Assembly (NCBI GenBank): GCA_963704705.1
Contig: OY969931.1
Span: 960,001-992,000 of the forward strand
From: an uncultured bacterium
Lineage (GTDB): Bacteria > Patescibacteriota > Gracilibacteria > UBA1369 > PNNO01
Direction of reading: 5' to 3'
Length of the DNA stretch: 32,000 bases
The translations under genes were made by a program, and so were the position numbers. The notes beneath the pieces were generated by a model. It had not been told where the DNA came from. It was given only the letters and a program-made list of their open reading frames with translations, and made no database searches. Of the stretch, positions 1-9,846 are shown in pieces (the first letter of the stretch is position 1; the number at the start of each line of letters is the position of its first letter).

Positions 1-759
1 CAAGATGAAACAATTAGCCTTAAGGAACATAAAGAAACTTTAAGAACAATTGAAAATATAACCGGAGGAATTGGTCACGATTTGAAAAATGTTCTTGGGA
101 TATTACTTGGTAATCTTTCATTGCTTGAATGTGATAGTATTGGAGAAACCAGAGAGATGTACCAATCAATGATTGGGTCAACAATGCGAGGTATTAAATT
201 ATTAAACAGATTTATTAGATATACTTCCTCAAATAAATTAAAGTTAACAAGAATCGATTTATTTCCATTAGTTAAGGATATATCAGCTGAATATAGTTAT
301 TGGAAGGCTGCTCAAAACATTAAATTAAAGCTCGTTATGGAAGCATCAGAATTTGAATGCGATGTTGACAAAGTTGCTATAAGTCAGGTTATTCAAAATT
401 TACTTCAAAATGCCAAAGATGCCATGCCTTCAGGTGGAACAATTACAATCAGGCTTGGTGGTATTCAAAGTGCAAGTTTTGATATAGATGGGAACACAAT
501 TAGTACTCCTGAACAATATATGTGTATAAGTATTGAAGACGAAGGTGTGGGTATAGAAGAAGCAAACCGGTCTAAAATATTTCAACCAGAATTTACAACC
601 AAATATCATACCGAAGCTAATTTTGGTTTGGGTTTAGCGGTTGTTAAAAAAATTGTTGAAAATCATAATGGACACATAATTTTAGAAAGTAAAACCGGTC
701 CGGATTCATTTACAAAATTTCAAATTTTGCTTCCAAAACCGACAGATTCCCGACAATAG
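1..759 (+). CDS. Sensor histidine kinase, C-terminal part (HisKA + HATPase_c); 5' end lies outside the window
   Basis: The open frame runs upstream of the ORF-track start (TTG at 82) to base 1 (QDETISLKEHKETLRTIENITGGIGHDLKNVLG...). H-box-like GIGHDLKN, N-box LLQNAKDAM, G-box DEGVGIEE and FGLGLAVVKKIVENHNG are present. Confidence 0.9.
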   Translation, partial: QDETISLKEHKETLRTIENITGGIGHDLKNVLGILLGNLSLLECDSIGETREMYQSMIGSTMRGIKLLNRFIRYTSSNKLKLTRIDLFPLVKDISAEYSYWKAAQNIKLKLVMEASEFECDVDKVAISQVIQNLLQNAKDAMPSGGTITIRLGGIQSASFDIDGNTISTPEQYMCISIEDEGVGIEEANRSKIFQPEFTTKYHTEANFGLGLAVVKKIVENHNGHIILESKTGPDSFTKFQILLPKPTDSRQ

Positions 760-798
760 ATGCTTTACTTTAGTTATATAAATTAAAGTATCTACGTT

Positions 799-2058
799 AT
801 GGTTGAATTATCTAGTGAATCGGATTTACAGGTATCCAATGATCTCGATGTTTCCTTCAGGGAAATATTTGATTTAGAACATACGTCAAGGGAACTCCGG
901 CAGGCAGTAATGGATGTTTTAACTGAATATCCTGAATACGGTTTTTATTTTTTTAATCAGGGAGCATTCAAGCAAAAAATCAGCTTTCTAAAAGAGCAAT
1001 TTCTTCCAGACACTGAAGCTGCCAAAGTTGCTTATGCTGTAAAAGCCAATCCCAGAACACGTATATTACAATTATTACAGGAATACGGTATTGATACTTT
1101 TGATTGTGCATCCCCTGGTGAAATAGAAAGTGTTTTAAGAGTAAATCCTAACGCAAAAATTCTTTATAATAATCCCAGAAAATTAAAAAGAGAAATAAAA
1201 GCAGCATCCAGAATGGGGGTAAGACATTACACTGCACATAATCAAAGGGGCGTTGATAAAATTTTAGAAAACGTAATTCCATACGATAGCGAATCCCCTA
1301 TTGAAATAGCTGTTAGAATGCAAACACTTAATGAGAATGCCGAAATTAATCTTTCTACTAAATTTGGTACAACACCTGATGAAGTAAGAAGAATAGTTCA
1401 ATATCTCGTATTTGAAGCTCAGGTTATTCCGGGAATTGCTGTAAATGCCGGTTCACAAAATAAAAATCCGGAAATATACAGAAAAATTATTTTACAAATT
1501 GCAGAAATAATTAAAGATATTCGGGAATTGTTAATCATTAATTTAGGTGGAGGATTTCCTGTAAATTATCATGAAAAAGATCAATTCGATTTGAGAAATT
1601 ATTTCAAAGTTATAAATCAGGTTACTCATGAAGTACTCCATAGTGTTATTAGTGATGAAAATGCTCAAATTATTATTGAACCAGGGAGATCTGTTATTGC
1701 TGATTCTGTTGATTTATTTGTTCCTGTAATAGAACGTGAAACTCGAGAAGGAAGGCCTTGTATTACTATAGCTGATGGAATATTTACTTCATTTAGTGAT
1801 TATGCAATACACGGATGGAAATATCCTTTCAGGCCGTTCTCAATAGAAGAAAAAACATTTACAGATAATAAAACCAATTTTACTGTATTTGGACAAACCT
1901 GCGATTCCGGAGACAAAATAAATTCTGTTGAATTACCAAATAATATAGATGAAGGTGATTATTTATGGGTACCAGGTGCTGGTGCATATTTAGATTCGCA
2001 AGCAAGTCAATTTAACGGCTTTTTACCTCACAGATATGTTTTTTATAATTCTAACTAA
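799..2058 (+). CDS. Fold-type III PLP-dependent ornithine/arginine/diaminopimelate decarboxylase-family protein
   Basis: 419 aa. AKVAYAVKANPRTRIL contains the PLP-lysine motif; FDCASPGEI, LGGGFPV, EPGRSVIADS and GQTCDSGDKI are family motifs. Confidence 0.88.
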   Translation: MVELSSESDLQVSNDLDVSFREIFDLEHTSRELRQAVMDVLTEYPEYGFYFFNQGAFKQKISFLKEQFLPDTEAAKVAYAVKANPRTRILQLLQEYGIDTFDCASPGEIESVLRVNPNAKILYNNPRKLKREIKAASRMGVRHYTAHNQRGVDKILENVIPYDSESPIEIAVRMQTLNENAEINLSTKFGTTPDEVRRIVQYLVFEAQVIPGIAVNAGSQNKNPEIYRKIILQIAEIIKDIRELLIINLGGGFPVNYHEKDQFDLRNYFKVINQVTHEVLHSVISDENAQIIIEPGRSVIADSVDLFVPVIERETREGRPCITIADGIFTSFSDYAIHGWKYPFRPFSIEEKTFTDNKTNFTVFGQTCDSGDKINSVELPNNIDEGDYLWVPGAGAYLDSQASQFNGFLPHRYVFYNSN

Positions 2059-2064
2059 ACAAAT

Positions 2065-3984
2065 ATGAATCCCGAAACTAGTAATATGCAAATCGTTGCA
2101 TATCCTGATATGTCAGAAATGCCAGAAGAAACATTGCAAAAACTTGCTGCAAAAGAGAGGGAATGGTTTGGATACGGCATGGAAGGAGCAGGGTTTGGAG
2201 AATATGCAATTTGTTCAAATCCTGAATGCAGAAGGATACTTTCTGTTGAAGATGCTTATCCTCAGGTTAATGAAGCAACTGGTAAATATATTCCATTAGC
2301 TGAGCTTGAGAAGGATGGAATTAATCTTCCATGCTGTCCGGATTGCAGTGGACCTATGGAACCGCTGCTTGATCCTGCTTTTTTCCCGGAATATTTAAGA
2401 TTATATTTCTCTCAAAAAGTGTATGGGGCGTTGCTAATGGATGGTGAAGAAGTTTTAGGATCAGTATCGGCATTTACTGCACCATTTGAAATGGCTTTTG
2501 AAGATAATATAAATTATAGAGAAGGTTATGATATAGATAATGTTATAGAAAGAATTTCTAAACTTACCAATAGAACTCCTGATGAAATTAGAAATCAGGT
2601 AGTTGTTTGTTGTAATAGAATCGCTATAGATCATAGTGCTCGTGGAAACAAATTAATTCCTGAACTAATTAACAAAACACTTAGTATTAATCCTGAAAAT
2701 GATGACTTGCCATTTATAGCTGACGTTAAACGCCCAGGCAATTTATATGGAATGTTCAATGCATATAGCGCTCATCCAATACAAGAAGATGAATTCAGAG
2801 GAAGTTTTATTTATGCAGAAGAAACTTCACAAATTAGAGAAGGAACTGGATTATCAAATGAAGAATTTGAAAAAAGATTAAAACAAATTGCTGAAAAAAT
2901 TAAAAGAAATCAACAAGAGAGACTTCAAGAAGAAGGTTTAAAACCTTTTCATGCAATTGGTGTGCCTTTATTAAGAGAGGTTTTTGGAAATCAAGGTGAA
3001 ATGCGCGGCAATACTTTATTTAATGTTTTCGAGAATCATGAAGGTAAAAAGTTTCAAGTTGAAGTATTTGACTCAGATACAGTTAATGAAGAAAAATTAA
3101 AACAATTTACTAATACTTTTAGACTTATTTTCAACAATAAATTTAGTGGTCAGTTTCTTGTTCATCCAAGTACAGTTAAACCAATTTCAGTAAAAGATGT
3201 ATTGAGCTTAAAAGCTGAACAATTACTAGAAATTTTTGATTTAAATCCAAAGGAGTTAGAAGAATTGTTAGAAGCATTAAAGGCAAATCCAAAACAATTA
3301 GTTGATTTAAATATTCTCGATAGATGTAATCCTGATAAATATCCAAAAAATCCTGGAACCCATGAATCAGCAGTGTTCTGGCATAATCCAGAAAAAGTGC
3401 TAGAAATATTTAAAGAAAAAGCAAAAAAAAATGCACACTTTGCTGTAATAAAGAGATTAGACATTGAAAAAGAAGTTGGGTCACCTGATACAGAATATGC
3501 AGGAATTATGTTTGGAAGAAAATGTACGATTCGTGAACTTTTTGAATCAGAAGAATGGGAAAATCCTATTTTATATTCTGGTATTAGAGTTCCTGAAAAT
3601 TTAAGAGATTTTGATGATTTTCTTAATAAATTAAATGAAAAATTAATTGCTAATGCTTATGAACCAGTTAATGAAGATAGTGAAGTATATGGATGGAACT
3701 GTATTGCGACACATCCTGATGTACGAGGATTAGAACATTTAATGAGATTAACTACAGCATTTTTTAATTCAATTCCTAAGAAAATGATAAATGAATTGAT
3801 GGTTATTGGTGAAACCCAGGTCTCATCAAGAGCACATCTACTTTTTCAAACAGCAGGTGGTCTTGATATAACAGGAGTGCTTACAGAATCTGATGAAGTT
3901 CAAAACGGAGATCCAGTTATTATTGTGGGACCATTAAAAAGAGCTTATAAAAACTTTGCAATTCCATTAGAAATGTTTGTATAA
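2065..3984 (+). CDS. Uncharacterised 639-aa protein, GNAT-like (possibly two acyltransferase-like halves) with N-terminal Cys cluster
   Basis: Starts 6 nt after the decarboxylase stop. CSNPEC...CCPDC cluster, then CNRIAIDHSARGNKLIPELI and YGWNCIATHPDVRGLEHLMRL...GETQVSSRAHLLFQTAGG, which resemble GNAT acyl-CoA-binding segments. Family is inferred by eye. Confidence 0.5.
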   Translation: MNPETSNMQIVAYPDMSEMPEETLQKLAAKEREWFGYGMEGAGFGEYAICSNPECRRILSVEDAYPQVNEATGKYIPLAELEKDGINLPCCPDCSGPMEPLLDPAFFPEYLRLYFSQKVYGALLMDGEEVLGSVSAFTAPFEMAFEDNINYREGYDIDNVIERISKLTNRTPDEIRNQVVVCCNRIAIDHSARGNKLIPELINKTLSINPENDDLPFIADVKRPGNLYGMFNAYSAHPIQEDEFRGSFIYAEETSQIREGTGLSNEEFEKRLKQIAEKIKRNQQERLQEEGLKPFHAIGVPLLREVFGNQGEMRGNTLFNVFENHEGKKFQVEVFDSDTVNEEKLKQFTNTFRLIFNNKFSGQFLVHPSTVKPISVKDVLSLKAEQLLEIFDLNPKELEELLEALKANPKQLVDLNILDRCNPDKYPKNPGTHESAVFWHNPEKVLEIFKEKAKKNAHFAVIKRLDIEKEVGSPDTEYAGIMFGRKCTIRELFESEEWENPILYSGIRVPENLRDFDDFLNKLNEKLIANAYEPVNEDSEVYGWNCIATHPDVRGLEHLMRLTTAFFNSIPKKMINELMVIGETQVSSRAHLLFQTAGGLDITGVLTESDEVQNGDPVIIVGPLKRAYKNFAIPLEMFV

Positions 3985-4014
3985 AATTCTAAAAACTGCT
4001 AAAAAGATCTTGAT

Positions 4015-6135
4015 ATGGATGCTTATCTTTCAATAATTTATATTTTCTGTGCGTTCTTGAGCATAACTCTCGGTGTTGCTGCATTTCTGTTTAATAAAAA
4101 GATGAAAAGTAACCAAGCATTTTTTCTATTCTCGGTTAGTACTGGTTTATGGATACTTTCACTTTTCTTTTTATACTATTCAGTTAATCCATATATTGAA
4201 TTATTATCTTTAATTTCAGTAAAACTTGCATATGGATTTTCTTTGTTAATGACGTTTTCATTTACTATATTTATGTATTATTTCCCGAAAAAAACTATTA
4301 AGTTTTCTAGATACATAATCAATTCTTATATAGCGATTAATTTATTATTAATTGCTATAACAGTGTTCACTCCTTTAATTCACAGAGAACAAATTATTAT
4401 TAATGGACTGTATAGTGCCGACAAATTAGGTCCACTTTATTTTCTTTATATATTATTTATAGTAATAAATTTTTCAGTTTCAATGTTGATAGCAATTCAC
4501 AAAGCTATAAGCTTATCAGGTATTGCAAAAAAGAAATTAAATATAGTTTTGTTCGCATTTGGAACCTTCGGAGTGATTGCAATTTTAATAAATGTAATTC
4601 TTCCAGCTTTTAAAATCTATTTCTTTCTAAATAAAACTGCAGTTTTAACATTATTTTTTCTTATCCCAGCTTTTTATTCAATACATAAGCATAGATTCTT
4701 TAATATTTCTTATATAGCTCTAGAATCATTAAGATTATTCATACTTTTAAGCGTATATATTGTTACAATTATATCTATATATTATTTTTTCATATATTTA
4801 ATTCCAGATTTTAATGATTTAATGGCGCTAATACTTAGTATTTTAGCTGGTTTATATTTATGGAATAAAATGCAAATATATATTCCACAACTAATAATTG
4901 GAGATTTTACAAAATCTAAAAAAATACTTTCAAAACTTCAGGCATCAATAAATACATGTTCAACATACAGTGAATTAGAATCTCTTTTAGAAAAATATTT
5001 CGTTTTAGATCAAAATATCACATCAATCAGTCTATACTTTGTTAGAAGCAATAAGTTAAATATAAATATTCCTATTTATGTTCAAAATAATTTTACAAAA
5101 CTAATTAGTTCTTTACCTAATAAAATATATGTTAAAGAAGAAATCAGATATTTGAAGCTTTCGAAGAAAGAAAGCAAACTAATAATACAAAAATTTGAAG
5201 CTTTCGATGCATCAATTATAATGCCACTTTTTGCAGAACATAAATTAATTGGATTTTTAATACTTGGCAGCAAAGAAAAGAACAAACTTTATACTCATGA
5301 AGAAATTAATCAAATACTCAAAATCAAACCGCAATTAGAAATAGCATTAACAAATTTTCTTCTTAAATTAAATCTTCAGGAAGAAAATAATATGATGAAA
5401 GAATTGATTGAGAAAAAAACTCATAAATTACAGGAACAATTTAAGGAAATTAAAAAACTGCTTGAACAACAATCTGATTTTATAGCTGTAACAGCACATG
5501 AATTCAGAACGCCTTTAAGTATTGCCATGTTTCAACTGGAAGACACACTAACTACGCATGAACATACTCCCCAGGTAATTAAAGATATGGAAGTAATGGC
5601 TGATTCTTTAAACAATCTTAAAAACCTTACTCAAAAACTTTTTGATGTACAGCAATATGATCTTAATAAAATTAAATTAAATAAAAAACAAATCAATTTA
5701 TACGATTATTTATTACTTATTTTTAATGAATTTAAATTAATTATGAAAGAAAATAAAACGGAATTTATTTTTAATTATAATTTGAATAAAAATTTAGAAA
5801 TTGAAATTGATGAACACCAAATAAGACAAATTTTTGCCAATTTACTTAATAATGCAGCTAAGTTTGCAGATAAATCAAATCCGGAAATTAAAATAGAAGC
5901 TAATGGTGAAAATAATAAAATTCAAATATCTATAATTGATAATGGTCAGGGAATTTCAGATAAAGATAAAGTAAGAGTATTTGAAAAATTCCAGACAACC
6001 AAAGTTACAATGGGTACTGGCATTGGTTTAGGTTTATATATATGCAAAAAAATTATTGAACTTCATAATGGAAAAATATGGATTGAAGACAATAAACCAA
6101 AAGGAGCTAAATTCATTTTTGAATTAAGAAAATAA
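4015..6135 (+). CDS. Membrane sensor histidine kinase with N-terminal 7TM-type region, GAF-like middle, HisKA and HATPase_c
   Basis: 706 aa. Multiple hydrophobic helices in residues 1-290, H-box FIAVTAHEFRTPLSI, N-box NLLNNAAKFAD, G boxes DNGQGISDKD and GTGIGLGLYICKKI. Confidence 0.9.
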   Translation: MDAYLSIIYIFCAFLSITLGVAAFLFNKKMKSNQAFFLFSVSTGLWILSLFFLYYSVNPYIELLSLISVKLAYGFSLLMTFSFTIFMYYFPKKTIKFSRYIINSYIAINLLLIAITVFTPLIHREQIIINGLYSADKLGPLYFLYILFIVINFSVSMLIAIHKAISLSGIAKKKLNIVLFAFGTFGVIAILINVILPAFKIYFFLNKTAVLTLFFLIPAFYSIHKHRFFNISYIALESLRLFILLSVYIVTIISIYYFFIYLIPDFNDLMALILSILAGLYLWNKMQIYIPQLIIGDFTKSKKILSKLQASINTCSTYSELESLLEKYFVLDQNITSISLYFVRSNKLNINIPIYVQNNFTKLISSLPNKIYVKEEIRYLKLSKKESKLIIQKFEAFDASIIMPLFAEHKLIGFLILGSKEKNKLYTHEEINQILKIKPQLEIALTNFLLKLNLQEENNMMKELIEKKTHKLQEQFKEIKKLLEQQSDFIAVTAHEFRTPLSIAMFQLEDTLTTHEHTPQVIKDMEVMADSLNNLKNLTQKLFDVQQYDLNKIKLNKKQINLYDYLLLIFNEFKLIMKENKTEFIFNYNLNKNLEIEIDEHQIRQIFANLLNNAAKFADKSNPEIKIEANGENNKIQISIIDNGQGISDKDKVRVFEKFQTTKVTMGTGIGLGLYICKKIIELHNGKIWIEDNKPKGAKFIFELRK

Positions 6136-6492
6136 CTTTTTAACGTATTCAACCAATACTTTAGGTGGAGTATTAAGTTTTATAAGGTAATCATCAACAC
6201 CTGCTTGTTTTGCATCTTCCTGAATTTGTTGATTGCTGTAATTTGAAAGCATGACAATTTTAACTCCGGGCAGCACCTTTTTTATTCTTGGGATAAAATC
6301 TAGGCCCGCTTCTTCTTCGCCTCTTATTCCATGATCTAAAAGTGCAAGATCAGGTTTAAATTTACTTAAAAGTTTAGAAGCCTCATCAACACTTACTGCA
6401 CATTTAACATTAAAGCCTGCTGCTTCAAGATTTTTCTTGTATATATTTGCCAAAATCGGTTCGTCTTCTAAAATTAAAATGTTTTTTTCCAT
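6124..6492 (-). CDS. Single-domain response regulator (CheY-like receiver)
   Basis: 122 aa. ILILEDEP, DLALLDHGIRG (phospho-Asp), VMLSNYS and DDYLIK. The stop overlaps the 3' end of the convergent kinase by 12 nt. Confidence 0.9.
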   Translation of the reverse strand: MEKNILILEDEPILANIYKKNLEAAGFNVKCAVSVDEASKLLSKFKPDLALLDHGIRGEEEAGLDFIPRIKKVLPGVKIVMLSNYSNQQIQEDAKQAGVDDYLIKLNTPPKVLVEYVKKLFS

Positions 6493-6538
6493 AACTAATA
6501 TATTACCTTTTTAGCAAAGCTAATTATATATCTATTCT

Positions 6539-7222
6539 TTATTTTTGCAAAATATAGCCTTCTCCTCTTTTTGTTTTTAACCAATTAGCACAATAAGGTT
6601 CCAATTCGTCTCTAAGACTTTGAATATTTGATCTTAAATTACGATTTTTTCTTATTCCTGGATAATCACCCCAAAATTTTTCCTTTACATAAGCCGCTGG
6701 AAGCAATTCCTCGGGGTTAACCAAAAATAATCTTAATAAAAATTTATTCTTTTTTGTTAAATTTATAGGTTTATTATTAAAGTAAAATTGGTTTGTGTGA
6801 AAATCATATGACAATTCTTTATATTTCAAAATTCTTTTTAATGAAAAATCTTCAGATAACTGCATCCATCTTTCGATTCGCAATTCCAGCTCTTTAGAAT
6901 TAAATGGCTTTCTTATATAATCATTTGCACCTAATTTGAATGCTTTTTCCAAATATGAAATCGAAGTAACACTTGTTAAAATTATTATTGGTATTTTTTT
7001 ATTTTTTTCTCTTATCTTAGCGCATAAATCAAGCCCTGTAAGGCTGTCTTTACCAAGAAAAATATCTAAAAGCAACAAATCAAATACATCAGAATAAATC
7101 TTATCAAAAGCCTGATTAAAATCATGAGCAACATCAACAATATTAATCAGTTTATTTGCTGATAGAATTTTTTTTATAGATTGAGCTACCTGTATGTTAT
7201 CTTCTACTACTAAAACATTCAT
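6539..7222 (-). CDS. OmpR/PhoB-family response regulator (receiver + winged helix)
   Basis: 227 aa. VLVVEDN, LLLLDIFLG, IIILTSVT, DYIRKPF, and C-terminal wHTH ending LKTKRGEGYIL. Confidence 0.9.
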   Translation of the reverse strand: MNVLVVEDNIQVAQSIKKILSANKLINIVDVAHDFNQAFDKIYSDVFDLLLLDIFLGKDSLTGLDLCAKIREKNKKIPIIILTSVTSISYLEKAFKLGANDYIRKPFNSKELELRIERWMQLSEDFSLKRILKYKELSYDFHTNQFYFNNKPINLTKKNKFLLRLFLVNPEELLPAAYVKEKFWGDYPGIRKNRNLRSNIQSLRDELEPYCANWLKTKRGEGYILQK

Positions 7223-7314
7223 TTTTTACTTTGTAAATGACATTTTCATAATATTTCAAAACTTTTTTTAAAAAAAGCTATATTATACAGTAGTCGTTGA
7301 CATAAACTCACAAT

Positions 7315-7899
7315 ATGAATCAATTAAATGAAAAAGATATAATCAGGCATTACTTATTAAACTTATTAACCATACTTAATATTGAATTATCAAATTTCAA
7401 TATTAAGCGAGCAGATAAAAGAAAAATTGATGATTTAATTGGTGTCGCAAGTATACTAATTGCAAATGAGAATATATTTTTAAATGAAAAATCATCATTA
7501 TTTATTCAGGATGTTCATTTAAAGGACCTTATTGAGCTAAATTGCGAAATTTTAAAATCAGAAATACAAAAGAAAAAAATTTCCATCAATTTGCCACAAG
7601 ATGATTTGATAATTAAAGTTGATAAATTCTATTTTAGCGAAGCATTAAAATATTTATTAAAAGAATTAATTAAAGATAATACTAAAATTTCTTTTGGAAT
7701 TAATAAAACAGATAACAAACTCGAGATTATTCATGAAAGAAAAACCGAATTACCTCAACCAGCAGATAAAATCATCGATTTATTAAAAACAAAAAACTTC
7801 CAAAAAGATGATATTACTTTTCAATTAGCATGCACTATTATCAAAATACATAATATAAAATTAAGCCTGAAAAATAATTGTATTATTATGTCTTTTTAA
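7315..7899 (+). CDS. Small degenerate histidine-kinase-like protein (candidate HisKA/DHp plus truncated ATPase-like region)
   Basis: 194 aa. HYLLNLLTILNIEL could be an H-box-like helix; EALKYLLKELIK aligns with an N-box region but lacks the Asn. No canonical G-box glycines. Divergent from the OmpR-type regulator. Confidence 0.5.
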   Translation: MNQLNEKDIIRHYLLNLLTILNIELSNFNIKRADKRKIDDLIGVASILIANENIFLNEKSSLFIQDVHLKDLIELNCEILKSEIQKKKISINLPQDDLIIKVDKFYFSEALKYLLKELIKDNTKISFGINKTDNKLEIIHERKTELPQPADKIIDLLKTKNFQKDDITFQLACTIIKIHNIKLSLKNNCIIMSF

Positions 7900-7912
7900 T
7901 AATTATATAAAA

Positions 7913-8524
7913 TCACATGTCGTCAGTGTCTGAATCCCATGAGCTCCAATCGAATTCATCATTTCCAACTTCTTCACTTAAAACATTACCAGAAGCGTCA
8001 ACATGGATTTCATAAAGGGATTTATTATAGATTAATTCAGCCACATAAAAATCATTTTTTGGCTTAACATTAACAATTTCAGAATTAGGGTATTTTTTGC
8101 TCAAAATTGATTTAATTTTATTAAGTTGATCCGATATTGAAGCAATAGAACTTGAATCTCCGCTTACCAAAAGGCCAATATAATAATCATTTAAAAGATC
8201 CCATGCAAAATTCGAATGAATCGATGCAAAAATACCGGTAACAACCTCCCCGCAGCGACTAACAATTGTTTGACTGCCTCCTGGATGTTTACCAATATAA
8301 GTTGATACATCGTATACCTTATTATTAATTACCAAATAACAATCACCCTGCTTATTATGCTTTGCAACCTCCTCCAATGTTAAAGGAGCAGCTGAATCCG
8401 TCACTGAAGTCGTTCCTGAAGGTGTTTTTGTCACGTCAACTGTTGGGTACATAATGCTTAAAATCAATACTCCAACTAAAACAAATGCAAATATTATCAG
8501 GGTAGCTAAAGTAAATTTTTTCAT
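7913..8524 (-). CDS. Membrane-anchored cytochrome b5-like heme-binding protein with C-terminal PepSY-like region
   Basis: 203 aa. N-terminal TM; YIGKHPGGSQTI (HPGG) and IHSNFAWDLL supply the two axial His positions; C-terminal FYVAELIYNKSLYEIHVDASGNV is PepSY-like. Confidence 0.82.
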   Translation of the reverse strand: MKKFTLATLIIFAFVLVGVLILSIMYPTVDVTKTPSGTTSVTDSAAPLTLEEVAKHNKQGDCYLVINNKVYDVSTYIGKHPGGSQTIVSRCGEVVTGIFASIHSNFAWDLLNDYYIGLLVSGDSSSIASISDQLNKIKSILSKKYPNSEIVNVKPKNDFYVAELIYNKSLYEIHVDASGNVLSEEVGNDEFDWSSWDSDTDDM

Positions 8525-8528
8525 GATT

Positions 8529-9830
8529 TTAAAAATTAAATTCTTCTGAATGGATCATATCCGATGGTACACCTTTTTCTATGAATTGATTTTTCATCAC
8601 ATTAATCATAATTGGAGGTGCACAAATAAAAATGTCTTTATTTTTTAAATCACCTAATTCTGATTCAATATAATCGGCATCAATACGGCCTTTATGTTCT
8701 GAACAAAACAATTGTAATCTTAAATTCATACTTGGATTTTGAGCTATATTATTAAGTGAATTTAAATATACAGCTTCTTTTGGATTCTTAACGCAATAAA
8801 ACAAATCTATATTATAAGATTCATTTTGCTTCAATGATTCAGCCATTGATATAAAAGGGGTAATACCAATACCGCCACCAATCCAAATTTGATTTTTATT
8901 TATAGAATTTAAATATGAAAATTCTCCATAAGGACCTTCAATTAAAGCTGTGTCTCCTATTTTAAGCTTATCTAGTTTAGCTGTATAATCACCCATATTT
9001 TTAATTGCCAATTTTAGTTCAGGATCTTTGATTCCCGAAACAATACTAAAAGGATGGCTCTCGGCTCCTAAAGCACTGTGCGGAAATTGTAAAAAAATAA
9101 ATTGACCAGGTTTAAAAGAAAAATTCGATTTATTCGCTTTTAAAGAAATTTCAATTATTAAATCATTAAGTTTTGTGATTTTAATGATTTTAAATTTAAA
9201 ACGTTTAACCAAAAATTTGCCGAGTAAAGTTCTATAAATAAAAGCTAATAAAGCCAATCCTACTAACGAAAGCATGTATATTCGCAATGGTAAAAATCGC
9301 GAAGTGTCACTTGGAATCATCCATATATGAAGACCCCCCAAAAACAATGCCAAACCTAAAAATTTATGAGTCCATTTCCAAATATTATAACGAGGTCTTA
9401 AAAATAAAGTCAGAATTATTAAAATAATCAATAATCCCAATGAAAAGATCCCCCAATTAAAATTCCAGTTTGAACCAGGAAGTAAAAATGCCGCAGCACT
9501 ACTAAATGATGGCGCATACTGCGGTAACAGAAGAAGTGGATGGAAAAGTAATAAAATTAATGCTAATTGGCCCAATTGATTGTGACGATCGTAAACTTTA
9601 TTTATTCCATTAAAAAATTTTTCAAATATCTTTAACCTGGCACTTAAAAAAAGTGTTAAAGCAAACATAGCTGTCCCGGTTAGAGCCGCTATCTGAGCAA
9701 AATTTAAAAAAAACTGCGAAAAATTACTAAAACGTGGAATTAAAGCTGGAGAAAAAAACCATAAAACTATTGGAAATAAAGATAAAATCCAAATTATAAA
9801 CCACCCTGTTTTATTTTTATTTAAAGTCAT
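8529..9830 (-). CDS. Ferric-reductase-like transmembrane flavocytochrome (heme b TM domain + FAD/NAD(P)H reductase)
   Basis: 433 aa. H-x13-H (HNQLGQLALILLLFH) and H-x12-H (HKFLGLALFLGGLH) in TM helices; HPFSIVSG (FAD); IWIGGGIGITPFISM (nucleotide binding); C-terminal EEFNF. Confidence 0.88.
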   Translation of the reverse strand: MTLNKNKTGWFIIWILSLFPIVLWFFSPALIPRFSNFSQFFLNFAQIAALTGTAMFALTLFLSARLKIFEKFFNGINKVYDRHNQLGQLALILLLFHPLLLLPQYAPSFSSAAAFLLPGSNWNFNWGIFSLGLLIILIILTLFLRPRYNIWKWTHKFLGLALFLGGLHIWMIPSDTSRFLPLRIYMLSLVGLALLAFIYRTLLGKFLVKRFKFKIIKITKLNDLIIEISLKANKSNFSFKPGQFIFLQFPHSALGAESHPFSIVSGIKDPELKLAIKNMGDYTAKLDKLKIGDTALIEGPYGEFSYLNSINKNQIWIGGGIGITPFISMAESLKQNESYNIDLFYCVKNPKEAVYLNSLNNIAQNPSMNLRLQLFCSEHKGRIDADYIESELGDLKNKDIFICAPPIMINVMKNQFIEKGVPSDMIHSEEFNF

Positions 9831-9846
9831 TGAATTTTATACTTAT

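Noticed and set aside
2096-5285. Small ORFs 2096..2299 (+), 3162..3464 (-), 5082..5285 (-)
   Set aside because: They lie entirely within larger, well-supported genes in other frames, with no coherent protein features.
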